Positions 17,421-27,854 of a stretch of 64,000 bases of DNA are shown in pieces (position 1 is the first letter of the stretch; every line of letters starts with the position of its first letter). A model generated the notes under the pieces. The model was given only the letters and a program-made list of their open reading frames with translations, searched no databases and was not told the origin of the DNA. The translations under genes and the position numbers were made by a program. The stretch comes from Dehalococcoidia bacterium (GTDB lineage: Bacteria; Chloroflexota; Dehalococcoidia; Lucifugimonadales; CAUZJF01): positions 48,216 through 112,215 of the forward strand of contig CBDFGS010000007.1 in NCBI GenBank assembly GCA_965247255.1. Reading direction: 5' to 3'.

Positions 17421-17436
17421 ATCCGCCTCCAGGTTT

Positions 17437-17464
17437 CACCGCCGAGCACGCGGAGACCGCGGAG
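17437..17464 (+). repeat. 28-nt interspersed element (copy 2)
   Basis: CACCGCCGAGCACGCGGAGACCGCGGAG, 26/28 identical to 10101-10128. Confidence 0.75.
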
Positions 17465-17660
17465 TCAGGAATGGTTTCGACTCTCCGGGCTCTCCACTCT
17501 CCGCGGTAGGAATGGCCCTGGGAGAGCCACCGGACGATTGTATCCGCAACCGCCGGGCTGTCAAGGTCGGCCCGCCGGTTGCGTGGGGCAGGGATACGTG
17601 GGCCGGCGGTGAGGCAACCATATGCTCATCCGCGCGCGGCTTCGACGAGGTCAGGACGAT

Positions 17661-18560
17661 ATGATATCGTGGGCGCAGTCGACCCACAGGAGCGTTGCAG
17701 TGAAGCTGGGAGCCCATGTATCCACGTCCGGCGGGATCAGCACCGCTTTAGACAGGGCCAAAGAGCTGGGCGCGGAAACCATCCAGATATTCGCCTCCAC
17801 TCCACGTGCCTGGCGCTTCAACTCTCCCTCCGAGGACCAGGTGCTCGCCTTCAGGGAGAAGTCTGAGAGTACGGGCATCGCACCGGCCTTCATCCACGCC
17901 AGCTACCTCATATCGATCGGCTCCCCGGACGAGGAGCTCGTCTCTAAGTCCAAGGACGTTTTGACCAAGACCATGCAGGTGGGCGCCCAGATCGGCGCCG
18001 CCGCGGTCATATTCCATCCAGGCAGCCATAGGGGGGCGGGCCTCGACGCTGTCTTGCCCCAGTTTGCCGCCGCGGTCCAGGAGGTCCTCTCCCAGAGCCC
18101 TGCCGACGTCCAGCTCGCGCTGGAGAACAGCGCCGGGATGGGCGGCCATATTGGCTCCTCGTTTGGCGAGCTGGCCAGGCTGATCGACGCCATCGGCAGC
18201 GAGCAGGTCAGTGTCTGCCTCGATACGCAGCACTCCTTCGCGGCGGGCTACAACATCGCCGATCCGGACAGCATCGATGCGGTCGTGCAGGAGTTCGACT
18301 CTGAGGTAGGACTATCACGGCTTGTTGCCGTCCACGCCAACGACTCCAAGAGGGCGCTTGGCGACGGAGTAGACCGCCACGAGAACATCGGCGCGGGCCA
18401 CATAGGTACCGCGGGGTTCGAGACCACCATGTCCCACGACGCCTTCCGCGACGTGCCGTTCCTGCTGGAAGTGCCCGGCGACGACTACAAGGGCTCCCCC
18501 GACAAGCCAAACCTCGATCGCTTGAAGGAGATCCGCTCCAGGCTAGGCGTCCCGGCTTAG
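17661..18560 (+). CDS. nfo: Endonuclease IV (deoxyribonuclease IV)
   Basis: KLGAHVSTSGG, IFHPGSH, LENSAG and VCLDTQHSFAAGY motifs. The start is placed at the ATG at 17661; the maximal ORF starts at 17622. Confidence 0.85.
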   Translation: MISWAQSTHRSVAVKLGAHVSTSGGISTALDRAKELGAETIQIFASTPRAWRFNSPSEDQVLAFREKSESTGIAPAFIHASYLISIGSPDEELVSKSKDVLTKTMQVGAQIGAAAVIFHPGSHRGAGLDAVLPQFAAAVQEVLSQSPADVQLALENSAGMGGHIGSSFGELARLIDAIGSEQVSVCLDTQHSFAAGYNIADPDSIDAVVQEFDSEVGLSRLVAVHANDSKRALGDGVDRHENIGAGHIGTAGFETTMSHDAFRDVPFLLEVPGDDYKGSPDKPNLDRLKEIRSRLGVPA

Positions 18561-18774
18561 GCCCTTTCCCAGCGAATCCACTACAATGGGGTCGTGGCGG
18601 GCGCTTCAAGGGTTCCGTTCTCGATCGGACCTTATTTCCGGAGCGCTTTAGCCAGCCCACCCCCGCTGAGGTCGCACCCGCTGGGAAGCATCCAGGAACG
18701 CGACCACAACGCGACGAAGCATCCTTAAGCTGAAGGCTTCCCGGCAGGGGGCTGCCGATAAGGACGCGGGCGCT

Positions 18775-19902
18775 TTGAGCACGGTCGACAACGCGGCGAG
18801 AAAAAAGCAGTACAAGCGCTACCTCGATTCCGAGCTCGAGGCGGCCGCCATGTACGACGCCCTCGCCGAGATGGAGAATGACCCTGAGCGGGCCGCAATC
18901 TTCCGCGAGTTGGTCGCGGCCGAGATGCGACACGCAGCCAGGTGGGCCGAGAAGCTGGGGATCGATCCCTCCACCCTTGAACCATCGCCCCTGGGAATCA
19001 AGGCGAGGATGATGCAGTGGGCGGCCCGCCGATTCGGGACTCACAGGGTCCTTCCGGTCATGCTGAGGACCGAGGCCAAGGAGGTTAGCGCCTACGCGGC
19101 CGATCCCGAGGCTAGCGACCTCGTACCCGAGGAGCGCGAGCACTCCAGGGTCCTGAGAGGTCTCGCGAGTACCGACGGGACCACCAGGTCTATGCGAAGC
19201 CTCGCGGGTGGCGGCAACTTGCGCGCCGCCGTCCTGGGAGTCAACGATGGGCTCGTCTCCAACTTCAGCCTTGTAATGGGCGTCGCCGGGGGCACCGCTA
19301 CGGCCACTGCCGGTACTGGGAATGCGGACTTTATCCTTCTGGCGGGTGTCGCGGGACTGCTCGCGGGCGCATTCTCGATGGCGGCGGGCGAGTACGTCTC
19401 CATGAGGTCCCAGAGGGATGTCTTCGAGTACGAGATGCGGAAAGAGGAGATCGAGCTAAGGGAATGGCCCGATGAGGAGAAGGAGGAGTTGGTACTGATC
19501 TACCAAGCGAAGGGCCTTTCCGAGGCCGAAGCGGAGCGCCTGGCCTCGCGCATTATGTCGGACCCTGAGGTGGCCCTCGATACCATGGCGCGAGAGGAAC
19601 TGGGACTAGACCCTTCGCAGCTCGGCTCGCCGTGGGGAGCAAGCATAACCTCCTTCGTGGCCTTCGTTTCCGGGGCGGTGGTGCCGATACTCCCTTACAT
19701 ATTCGGCGCCGGCGACCTCTCGTTCCGGCTCAGCGCCGCCCTTAGCGCCGCAGCGCTGGCCAGCGTTGGAGCTGTGATCGCGTCCATGTCCGGCCGGAAC
19801 ACGCTCTGGGGCGGGGCCCGCATGCTTATCGCCGGGAGCACGGCCGCCGCGGTCACCTTCGGCGTCGGTAGCCTGATAGGGGTCTCAGTCGCCGCGATTT
19901 GA
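18775..19902 (+). CDS. Ferritin-like (erythrin) domain fused to VIT1/CCC1 membrane domain (MbfA-like iron exporter)
   Basis: The N-terminus has ELEAAAMYDALA..ELVAAEMRHAARWAEKLG (a diiron-type helix pair). The C-terminus has LRAAVLGVNDGLVSNFSLVMG plus hydrophobic helices typical of the VIT family. TTG start. Confidence 0.75.
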   Translation: MSTVDNAARKKQYKRYLDSELEAAAMYDALAEMENDPERAAIFRELVAAEMRHAARWAEKLGIDPSTLEPSPLGIKARMMQWAARRFGTHRVLPVMLRTEAKEVSAYAADPEASDLVPEEREHSRVLRGLASTDGTTRSMRSLAGGGNLRAAVLGVNDGLVSNFSLVMGVAGGTATATAGTGNADFILLAGVAGLLAGAFSMAAGEYVSMRSQRDVFEYEMRKEEIELREWPDEEKEELVLIYQAKGLSEAEAERLASRIMSDPEVALDTMAREELGLDPSQLGSPWGASITSFVAFVSGAVVPILPYIFGAGDLSFRLSAALSAAALASVGAVIASMSGRNTLWGGARMLIAGSTAAAVTFGVGSLIGVSVAAI

Positions 19903-20021
19903 CTCCCGATTTGACGCGTCGCGAGTAGATCCGCCAGTTGCCGTCAGGCCTGTGACGGACCGATAGCGGACCGAAGTCTCTCCAGGTCCACCGCAATGCG
20001 CGCATCAAAGGAAGCGGGTAC

Positions 20022-21137
20022 GTGAGGTCTTCTATCCGGGTCGGCAAGATCGCGGGAGTGGATGTACACATCCACTTCTCACTGCTTGGAATCATCGCTC
20101 TCGTGTCGTGGAGCCTCGCCCAAGGCCTGCTTCCGGAGCAGTATCCCGGGTGGGCCGTTGCCACCTATTGGCTGGCGGGGTCCATTTGCGCGGTCATGCT
20201 AATCGCGTCCGTGCTCGTCCATGAGCTCGCCCACTCGCTCGTCGCGAGAGCAAGGGGATTCTCCGTCGAAGGAATCACGCTGTTCCTTTTTGGGGGCGTG
20301 AGCGATCTCAAAGCAGATTCGAGGTACCCGCGCGACGAGTTCATCATCGCAGGGGTTGGGCCTCTGACGAGTTTCGTTCTCGCCGGCGTGTTCTGGCTAG
20401 CGCTCGCGGCCTTTCCGAACAAAGACGTCCTTCCCGCCGCAGTCCTGTGGTACCTCGGGTTCATGAACATCCTCCTGGGCGCGTTCAACCTTATACCGGC
20501 GTTCCCGTTGGACGGCGGGCGCGTGCTACGCTCCGCGGTGTGGGGCGCGACCGGGAGCTTGTCCAAGGCCACGAGGGTCGCGGCACTGAGCGGCCGAGGG
20601 TTCGGAATTCTCATGATGGCGCTCGGCGGCGCGCAGGTCCTCAGCGGAAATGTCGTGGGGGGCCTTTGGTTCGCCCTGATCGGCTGGTTCCTGCACGGAG
20701 CGGCGGCCAGCACTCAACATGAGACGGCCGTGGAGACCGGCGTTCGCGGTGTCCGCGTCAGTGAGGCGATGCGCGCGTTCCCGGTCACCATCGGGCCGCG
20801 TGCATCGCTGGCCGAGGCGGTCTACGGGAGCTTCCTTCAACACAGCTCCCGCTCTCTTCCCGTGTCCGAGAGGGGCGAGCTGGTTGGGATCATCACACTC
20901 GCCGACATACGTGACGTACCCCAATCGCAATGGCAGACTGTCACCGTCGCAGAGAGAATGACGCCGGCCCCGCTGTGGACAGTCAGGCCGGGCGACGACC
21001 TCGCGGACGCCCTCAATCTCCTCGGGCGACACTCAATAGACCAGGCACCGGTCATCGAGCAAGGGCGGCTCGTTGGAGTCCTCAGCAGGGCCGATATCAT
21101 TCGCCATCTGAATGCGAGGCGCGGCAAGGGCGCCTGA
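20022..21137 (+). CDS. M50-family (site-2 protease-like) zinc metalloprotease with C-terminal CBS pair
   Basis: HELAHSLVARARGF (HExxH) and NLIPAFPLDGGR motifs. C-terminal CBS-like repeats (VSERGELVGIITLADI; IEQGRLVGVLSRADI). Confidence 0.8.
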   Translation: MRSSIRVGKIAGVDVHIHFSLLGIIALVSWSLAQGLLPEQYPGWAVATYWLAGSICAVMLIASVLVHELAHSLVARARGFSVEGITLFLFGGVSDLKADSRYPRDEFIIAGVGPLTSFVLAGVFWLALAAFPNKDVLPAAVLWYLGFMNILLGAFNLIPAFPLDGGRVLRSAVWGATGSLSKATRVAALSGRGFGILMMALGGAQVLSGNVVGGLWFALIGWFLHGAAASTQHETAVETGVRGVRVSEAMRAFPVTIGPRASLAEAVYGSFLQHSSRSLPVSERGELVGIITLADIRDVPQSQWQTVTVAERMTPAPLWTVRPGDDLADALNLLGRHSIDQAPVIEQGRLVGVLSRADIIRHLNARRGKGA

Positions 21138-21152
21138 TTTCAGTGGAGAAAT

Positions 21153-22007
21153 TCAAAGGCTTTCGATGAACTCCAACTCCTCCTCGAGGTCCTCGGTAGA
21201 GTAGAAGTGTTCCAGCAACAAGGTGGCGTCCAGCGCCTTGATGCGCCGATGGAGTTCCACCGGCAGCGTGCCCTTCCCCAGCAGGGCGTGGGAGTCGACC
21301 CGGCCACGTAGGTCGTAGAGGTAGTTGTCGTTCCAGTGGACGTGCTTGATCAGCTCGGGCCGGGCGACGAACGCCATCACCCGCTCTTCTCGGCGCTCCG
21401 GCGAAAATGAGTGCGCGTAGGTGACCGTGTGGCTAGAGTCGAGGCACAGCCCTACGTTGGGCCGGTCCACCTCCTCGCACACCTGGGCCCACTCCTCCGG
21501 CGACGTCCCGAAATAGGAGTTGCGTCCGTCCCAGTCGACCCGCCCAGCGTCCACGTCGTCGGAAACCCCATCCCAGTACACGTTGTTGTTCTCCAGGACA
21601 ACCTCTATGTCGTGGCGGTCCGCGAACGTAGCGATCTCCCTTATCGCATCTACCATGAGGCCGTGATCACCGGTCTGACCCTGTGTCTGCACGTCGTCGG
21701 TCCAACGCCTCGGTGGGAAATGGAGGTTCACCTTCTTAACTTTGGGGTGCCGCCGGGCCTGGTCGATGAACCGTTCGACCTGCTCGATGGACTGCCGGCG
21801 AAACGACTCGTCCGTGGCGGCGTAGTTAAGCCTCTGCTCCCCCAGCTTCACCGGCGCGTGCGCGCTGGTGAGGACCTGGGAGAATGCGCCGGCGGCCTCG
21901 ATGTCGTCCTTCATCGAGGACTCCGTGTTGAGCCGCAAGCGCTCAAGGTTGTCGAGCCCCGCGGCCATCGTCACCGAGAGTGGGTGTTTGAGCGTCATCT
22001 GAGTCAT
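21153..22007 (-). CDS. Xylose-isomerase-like TIM-barrel protein (sugar phosphate isomerase/epimerase family)
   Basis: 284 aa (VVLENNNVYW; LCLDSSHTVTY; VHWNDN) in a family-typical pattern. Confidence 0.7.
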   Translation of the reverse strand: MTQMTLKHPLSVTMAAGLDNLERLRLNTESSMKDDIEAAGAFSQVLTSAHAPVKLGEQRLNYAATDESFRRQSIEQVERFIDQARRHPKVKKVNLHFPPRRWTDDVQTQGQTGDHGLMVDAIREIATFADRHDIEVVLENNNVYWDGVSDDVDAGRVDWDGRNSYFGTSPEEWAQVCEEVDRPNVGLCLDSSHTVTYAHSFSPERREERVMAFVARPELIKHVHWNDNYLYDLRGRVDSHALLGKGTLPVELHRRIKALDATLLLEHFYSTEDLEEELEFIESL

Positions 22008-22029
22008 AGGAGATTGGCGCCGCGTACCG

Positions 22030-22926
22030 CTACGCGACGGCGACCTTGCCGAGGCCGAACTGCTCCGCGCCCTCGCGGATATGGGTACGCTCCTCGGGGG
22101 TGAGAGGCAGAATCGGGAGCCTTGGGTCGCCGCACTCGACGCCTATCCGTTCGCTCACCAGCGCCTTGATGGTGGCCGGGTACGTCCCGACCTTGAACAC
22201 CATATCCAACACGCTGTTGGCCTTTTCCTGGGCTTGCACAGCGCGTTTGAGGTCACCCGCGTTGTACGCGTCCCAGACATCCACATACAGCTCCGGGACT
22301 GCGCACAATATCCCATCGACGCAGCCCGCGGCGCCAATCGCCAGGGCCGATAGCATCAGCTTGCTGCTCCCCGTGAAGCACGTCAGCCCCATCTGGGAGA
22401 AGACCGCGTTGTTTGCGAAAAGCGGCGCGGAGTGCTTTAGTCCAACCAGCTGAGGGACACGTTCCTGAATTCTTGCGATGAGTTCCGGCGTAAGCTCGAT
22501 CCCGGTGCACTGTGGCAGGTTGTATAGAAAGAGAGGCAGGTCGGCCGCGGCGGCAATTGCCCTGTAATGCTCCACAATTCCATCGTCCCCCACCCTGAAA
22601 AAGAGCGGTGGAACGGAGCAGATCGCGTCGACCCCCGCCCTCGCGGCGGCCTCGGCGAGCTTCGCGCTACTGGAGGTGGTCATGGTGCCCACGTGCATGA
22701 TGGTCGCCGCCCTGCCACGCGCCTGATCCGCGGCGATTTCGGCCAGCCTCGCGTTCTCCTCGTCGGATAGCAAGACCCCTTCACCCCCGCCGCCGGCCAA
22801 CCAGAAGCCGTGGACACCTGACCGAATATTGAACTCGATAACCTCGCGGAAGGCGCTCTCGTTGAGCTCTCCCTCCGGTGTCATCGGCGTCACGATCGCG
22901 GGGACCACTCCCTTGAAATCGACCAT
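22030..22926 (-). CDS. DHDPS-family protein (third paralog in window)
   Basis: MVDFKGVVPAIVTPMTPEGELNE, LFLYNLPQCTG, and a candidate Schiff-base Lys in LVGLKHSA. The start is preceded by GGAGG; the maximal ORF runs to 22977. Confidence 0.8.
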   Translation of the reverse strand: MVDFKGVVPAIVTPMTPEGELNESAFREVIEFNIRSGVHGFWLAGGGGEGVLLSDEENARLAEIAADQARGRAATIMHVGTMTTSSSAKLAEAAARAGVDAICSVPPLFFRVGDDGIVEHYRAIAAAADLPLFLYNLPQCTGIELTPELIARIQERVPQLVGLKHSAPLFANNAVFSQMGLTCFTGSSKLMLSALAIGAAGCVDGILCAVPELYVDVWDAYNAGDLKRAVQAQEKANSVLDMVFKVGTYPATIKALVSERIGVECGDPRLPILPLTPEERTHIREGAEQFGLGKVAVA

Positions 22927-23004
22927 TCTAATCGCCTCCACATCAACCGTCTCAGCTAAGGCCGACCATTGTAACACTCAGCGCCTACGCCCTACGCCGC
23001 CCTT

Positions 23005-23034
23005 TTGACCCCCTCAAAACCCACGTGCTAAAAT
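23005..23034 (+). promoter_or_regulatory. Candidate sigma70-type promoter upstream of yebC
   Basis: TTGACC-N18-TAAAAT, about 43 nt upstream of the ATG at 23077. Confidence 0.4.
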
Positions 23035-23076
23035 GACCCATACCTGAAAGCAGTACATCTGCAGCGGGGACTGATC

Positions 23077-23832
23077 ATGTCCGGCCACTCAAAATGGTCC
23101 ACCATAAAGCGTTCGAAGGCGGCTAGCGACGCCCGCCGCGGCCAGCTATTTACCAAGCTCGCTAAAGAGATAATTATCGCCGCTAAGAAGGGCGGCGGAA
23201 ACCCGGACGCCAACTTCCAACTCCGAATGGCGGTGCAGCGCGCCAAGGACCAAAACATGCCCAGCGACAGCATCGAGCGGTCCATAAAAAAGGCTACCGG
23301 CGATTTGGGCGGCCAAAACCAGATGGAAGAGGTTGTCTACGAGGGCTACGGCCCCGGCGGAACGGCCGTCTTGCTCGAGGCCGTTACAGACAACAAGAAG
23401 CGAACCGTCGCCGATGTACGCAACACTTTCACCAAGACCGGCGGCAACATGGCCGACGCGGGGGCGGTAATGTGGCAGTTCGAGCAAAAGGGCGTAATTG
23501 TCGTAGCGGCCGAGCCCGAACGGGCGGAAGAGCTCACTCTGGCGACGATCGATGCCGGAGCTGAGGACTTCGAGACCGTCGACTCGACGTTGCAGATCTT
23601 CTCCTCGCCGCAGAGTATGGAGGGCGTGCGCCAGACACTCGCCGATCAGGGGGCCGAAATCCAATCGTCGGAGCTGTCGATGGTACCCAAGAACACGGTA
23701 CCGCTCGACGAGAAGACGGCGGCGCAAGCCCTAAGGTTGCTCGACAAGCTCGAAGAGCTCGAAGACATCCAGCGCGTCTACTCCAACGCGGACTTCCCAG
23801 AGTCGGCCCTCCAGGAGTACAGCGACGAATAG
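23077..23832 (+). CDS. yebC: YebC/PmpR-family transcriptional regulator
   Basis: MSGHSKWSTIKRSKAASDARRGQLFTKL is the family-signature N-terminus. 251 aa. Confidence 0.9.
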   Translation: MSGHSKWSTIKRSKAASDARRGQLFTKLAKEIIIAAKKGGGNPDANFQLRMAVQRAKDQNMPSDSIERSIKKATGDLGGQNQMEEVVYEGYGPGGTAVLLEAVTDNKKRTVADVRNTFTKTGGNMADAGAVMWQFEQKGVIVVAAEPERAEELTLATIDAGAEDFETVDSTLQIFSSPQSMEGVRQTLADQGAEIQSSELSMVPKNTVPLDEKTAAQALRLLDKLEELEDIQRVYSNADFPESALQEYSDE

Positions 23833-23925
23833 GCCGGGCATCAGCGCCAACCGGACCTCCTTCACCCTCCCTGGTCCTTCGCCCAACGCACGTCGAACGA
23901 CGGCCGTAAACTTCAGGAGATAGCC

Positions 23926-24420
23926 GTGCGCATACTGGGCGTGGACCCGGGGACGCTCAAGATGGGCGTTGGCATCATCTCCGCCGACCGCGGTGACATC
24001 GACTTCGTGCATTCAGGGGTGCTGACCCCGAAGAGGGGTAACCCGGTCCCGGATAGGCTCCATTACCTCTACGAGCAGCTCCTGCTCACTATTGAGGACT
24101 GGCACCCAATGGAGGTGGCCATCGAGAAGCCCTTCGCGGCCCGCAACATCCGCACGGCTATGGCGATTGGCCACGCGGAGGCCGTCGCACTGGTGGCCGC
24201 GGCGCACCACGGCCTCCCGGTGTTCAGCTACGCTCCACGGCAGGTAAAGCAGTCCGTCACCGACTACGGAGGCAGCTCGAAAGAGCAGGTGCAGGACATG
24301 GTAAAGGCGTTGCTAGGCGTCCACGAGATATCTGGCTCCTCAGACGCCGCGGACGCGCTGGCCGTCGCCATTTGCCACAGTAACGCCCGTATGGTCGAGC
24401 GCCTTTCGAGCGCCGACTGA
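23926..24420 (+). CDS. ruvC: Holliday junction resolvase RuvC
   Basis: RILGVDPGTLKMGVG, the EKPF motif and the C-terminal SSDAADALAVAICH. 164 aa. Confidence 0.9.
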   Translation: MRILGVDPGTLKMGVGIISADRGDIDFVHSGVLTPKRGNPVPDRLHYLYEQLLLTIEDWHPMEVAIEKPFAARNIRTAMAIGHAEAVALVAAAHHGLPVFSYAPRQVKQSVTDYGGSSKEQVQDMVKALLGVHEISGSSDAADALAVAICHSNARMVERLSSAD

Positions 24421-24558
24421 GCAAGCCAGTCCTCCGCACCGCAAACGGTCTCCATCGAAGGCGCGTCTCTTGCGCGAACACCCCTTGTTCTTGCAACCAC
24501 AGTGGTACAATCCCATGGCTCAATTCGCCCTGCTCGCCAGGGATTGAACGGTGAACGC

Positions 24559-25137
24559 GTGATAACCTCGCTGGAAGGGACACTGGCAGGCGTCGGAGTC
24601 GATTGGGCCGACATAAGCGTCGGCGGCGTGACTCTGAGGGCCAGCGTTCCCCCCTCCACGATCGAGCGTCTGGGGCAGCCCGGCGACCGGACACGTTTGT
24701 TCACATCTCTCCAGACGAGAGACGACAACCTCACACTGTTTGGCTTCCTCAGTCCGGAGGAACGGTCGGCCTTCCAGGCCCTGATCCAGGTCAACGGGGT
24801 TGGGCCTCGCCTTGCCTTAAGCGTCTTGTCCAGCCTCAGCCCTGAGTCGCTCGCAGTGGCGGTCGCCTCGGGCGACGCGACGTCGTTCAAGGGGATTCAC
24901 GGGGTGGGACCGAGGACTGCGGAGCGGATTATCCTCGAGTTGAAAGGGAAGCTTGGAGCCGAGCTCGCCGTGGCGACCGGTCAACCGGGTGAGGCGGACG
25001 TGGTCAAGGCGCTGACCGCGCTGGGGTACACCATCGTTGAGGTGACCGACGCTGTAGCTTCCCTCCAACCGGATGGGGATATGTCGCTGGAGGACAAGGT
25101 CCGCCTCTGCATACAGCGGATTGGTAGCCCCCAGTAG
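24559..25137 (+). CDS. ruvA: Holliday junction DNA helicase subunit RuvA
   Basis: VITSLEGTL.., FGF..EERSAFQALIQVNGVGPRLALSVLS, and HhH motifs GIHGVGPRTAERI. GTG start at 24559; the maximal ORF starts at 24502. Confidence 0.85.
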   Translation: MITSLEGTLAGVGVDWADISVGGVTLRASVPPSTIERLGQPGDRTRLFTSLQTRDDNLTLFGFLSPEERSAFQALIQVNGVGPRLALSVLSSLSPESLAVAVASGDATSFKGIHGVGPRTAERIILELKGKLGAELAVATGQPGEADVVKALTALGYTIVEVTDAVASLQPDGDMSLEDKVRLCIQRIGSPQ

Positions 25138-25144
25138 CGCCGTC

Positions 25145-25915
25145 ATGGCCAGCGACTTCGACTCCTGGGCGGACGTCTACGACTCCGTATACGCCTATGT
25201 GCGCGAGGATATCCCATTTTACGTGGACCGCGCGCGGGCCTCAGGCAGTCCTGTCCTGGAGCTCGGATGCGGGACCGGAAGAGTGACGCTGCCCATCGCC
25301 GAGGCCGGCGTCAACATCGTGGGAATAGACATCTCGACATCCATGTTGGGTGTGGCCCGGCAAAAGGTTGACCAGCTGCCGAAATCCGCCGGCTCCATAT
25401 CCCTCACCGCCGCCGATATGCGAGACTTCTCAATGCGCCGCCGCTTCAAACTCGCCATCATCCCTTTTCGCGGGTTCCTCTCCCTGCTGACGACCGAGGA
25501 GCAGATCAAGACGCTGCTGAACATCAAGCGCCATCTCGAGCCCGGCGCCGAGCTCGCGATGAACATCTTCGTGCCAGACCCGAGCATGCTTGTCCAGGAT
25601 GCCGAGGTTCCCTACCACTTCCGTGACGTCACGGTCCCGGAAACGGAGGAGCGCTACGTCTTGTGGCAACAGAACAGCTTCGACAATCACAACCAGGTCC
25701 TCTACTCGCGCCTCATCGCAGAGCAGCTTGACCTGGGGGGCGAGGTGGTCAGGCGATTCTACCGGGACTTCCAGCTCCGTTACATGCACCGCTGGGAGAT
25801 GTACCACCTGCTGAAGTCCTGCGGTTTCGAGGACATCTCATTGTACGGCGATTTCGACGAATCCCCCTTCAACGAAAGCAGCACCGAGATGGTGTGGGTG
25901 GCCAGAACGCCGTAA
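25145..25915 (+). CDS. Class I SAM-dependent methyltransferase
   Basis: VLELGCGTGRVTLPIA (motif I) and DISTSML. It starts 8 nt after the ruvA stop. Confidence 0.8.
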   Translation: MASDFDSWADVYDSVYAYVREDIPFYVDRARASGSPVLELGCGTGRVTLPIAEAGVNIVGIDISTSMLGVARQKVDQLPKSAGSISLTAADMRDFSMRRRFKLAIIPFRGFLSLLTTEEQIKTLLNIKRHLEPGAELAMNIFVPDPSMLVQDAEVPYHFRDVTVPETEERYVLWQQNSFDNHNQVLYSRLIAEQLDLGGEVVRRFYRDFQLRYMHRWEMYHLLKSCGFEDISLYGDFDESPFNESSTEMVWVARTP

Positions 25916-26222
25916 GCTCCGATCGCTGAGCCCGTTGAGGGAGACGCAAGTGGTTCGACGAGCGCACCACGAACGGTTCGAGATCGCTGCGCGCACCGTG
26001 GCTAACCCCGTTCGTCGCTTCGACTGACCTAACGCGGGCGATAGTCTAGTCCTTCGTCCTCTTGCGGGAGCGAGGTAGAGAGAGGGTAACCGCGTATCAC
26101 GCGGCACCTCCGCCACTGCGTGAATCACTACCCATCCCGCCTAGCCACACGTTGTATTACGCGAGACCTTCGAGCGGAACGCGCGCTGCTCACGGTCGAT
26201 TCCGACAAAACCAAGGGGGGAT

Positions 26223-27638
26223 GTGATGATGAAGATGGGGAGACACAAAAAAACATTAATCGGAGTAGTGCTGGCCACCTTCGTGGCCCTTACGCTGGCG
26301 GCTTGCGGCGGCCCGGGTGGTTCTGCCGACGGCAGTTCTCCGCCTGACCTGGCGCAACCCGCAGCGAACACTACAGCGGGTTCTTTGGACGCCGATGCCC
26401 TTGAGTCGGCCGTCGCCGAGGCGGTGGCCGCGGCGCTGACCAGCGAGAAGACCGAAGCGATGCGGACGGAGCCCGTCGTTGAAGCTCGTTCAGCGACATC
26501 CATAGCCGAATACGACGCAGATGCGGTAGTGGCCGCTCACGGCGAGGTCCTGGGCCGCATCTACGAGGAAGCCCTGCCTTCGGTTGTGCGGATCGAGGTG
26601 GAGCAGAGCCTCGCAACAGCCCAACGTACGCCAGGACCGAACGCTCCTCGTGATTTCAGGCGGTTCTTCGACGTTCCGCAAGCACCCGAAGGCGGGGCAG
26701 ACCAGTTCGTGCCGAGAGGAGAGGGGTCCGGCTTCGTATGGAGCGAGGAAGGACACGTAGTTACTAACTGGCACGTTGTCGATGGCGCGGACAGAGTAAT
26801 CGTCATCTTCGCCAACGGCTCCGAGTACGAGGCAGCGGTCCTTGGCTCCGACCCGGACGCGGACCTCGCGGTACTGAAGATCGACGAGCCGTCGGAAACG
26901 TTCAAGCCACTGGCCCTCGGAGACAGCACGGACCTCAAGGTCGGGCAGCTCACAGCTGCAATAGGCGCTCCCTTCGGCCTGGAGTTCACCATGACCCGTG
27001 GGATCGTCAGCGCATTGGGTCGCACCATTGCGGGAGGACGAAGCGGCCCTGTCGGGTTCCGCAACCCTCAGGCGATACAGACCGACGCACCGATTAACCC
27101 CGGCAACTCGGGCGGTCCGCTGCTGAACAGGCACGGGCAAGTGATTGGAATCAACTCGCAGATAGTTAGCCGCAGCGGCTCCAGCTCCGGTGTGGGCTTC
27201 GCAGTCCCCGTCAACACCGCCAAGCGCGTGGTGCCGGAGCTCATCAAGGATGGCAAGTACGAGTACGCCTACCTGGGCATCTCCGGCACGGAGATACGAG
27301 ACAGGGTCGCCGAGGCCAACGGGCTGCCTAAAAATACCCGCGGTGTTCTGGTGGTGGTGGTCACCGAAGACGGACCCGCCGCGAGAGCGGGTGTGATCGG
27401 CAGCGACATCCCCGACAACCCGACCCCGTTGACGGTGCCCAAAGGCGGCGACGTCATAACCGCCATCGACGGTGTGGAGATAAACACGATGGAGGACCTG
27501 ATCGCACACCTGGTCGCGATTAACAGGCCGGGAGATACGATCAATCTTGAGGTCCTAAGGGACGGGGGACAAACGGAGATAGCGGTAACTCTGGGCAGCC
27601 GGCCCGAGCCGGTCCAGACGTCGTCGCGACCGTCGTAG
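26223..27638 (+). CDS. htrA: HtrA/DegP-family (S1C) serine protease with PDZ domain, probable lipoprotein
   Basis: TNWHVV (His), DADLAVLK (Asp) and GNSGGPL (Ser), plus a C-terminal PDZ-like segment. The N-terminus has LTLAACGG, a lipobox-like sequence. Confidence 0.85.
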   Translation: MMMKMGRHKKTLIGVVLATFVALTLAACGGPGGSADGSSPPDLAQPAANTTAGSLDADALESAVAEAVAAALTSEKTEAMRTEPVVEARSATSIAEYDADAVVAAHGEVLGRIYEEALPSVVRIEVEQSLATAQRTPGPNAPRDFRRFFDVPQAPEGGADQFVPRGEGSGFVWSEEGHVVTNWHVVDGADRVIVIFANGSEYEAAVLGSDPDADLAVLKIDEPSETFKPLALGDSTDLKVGQLTAAIGAPFGLEFTMTRGIVSALGRTIAGGRSGPVGFRNPQAIQTDAPINPGNSGGPLLNRHGQVIGINSQIVSRSGSSSGVGFAVPVNTAKRVVPELIKDGKYEYAYLGISGTEIRDRVAEANGLPKNTRGVLVVVVTEDGPAARAGVIGSDIPDNPTPLTVPKGGDVITAIDGVEINTMEDLIAHLVAINRPGDTINLEVLRDGGQTEIAVTLGSRPEPVQTSSRPS

Positions 27639-27677
27639 CTACCGAATGAAAGGCAGCGGCACAGCCGCATAATAGTC

Positions 27678-27723
27678 AACCGGCCCGGGGTTGCTCCTCC
27701 TCCCTGGGCCGGTTGGTGTTTTT
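27678..27723 (+). terminator. Rho-independent terminator after htrA
   Basis: A 13-bp stem, AACCGGCCCGGGG/CCCTGGGCCGGTT (one G-U pair), is followed by GGTGTTTTT. Confidence 0.6.
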
Positions 27724-27854
27724 CACGCTCCTGCACCCGCGCCCGGCCCGCCCCATGCGTCGCAGCGAGTCGCACAAAGCGTGTTTGGCCGCGCTCCCGA
27801 CGATGGGCTATGATAGATTCTGATGTCGGAATCGGACATACGTTAGGTGGCGCG

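Noticed and set aside
18561-18774. Possible metal riboswitch (for example yybP-ykoY) in the 214-nt leader of the MbfA-like iron exporter gene.
   Set aside because: I could not find the conserved core sequences of known metal riboswitches. A covariance-model scan would be needed, so no claim is made.
23926-25915. ruvC-ruvA is followed by a methyltransferase instead of ruvB.
   Set aside because: ruvB is frequently unlinked from ruvA in many bacteria, so this is not unusual enough to report as a finding.
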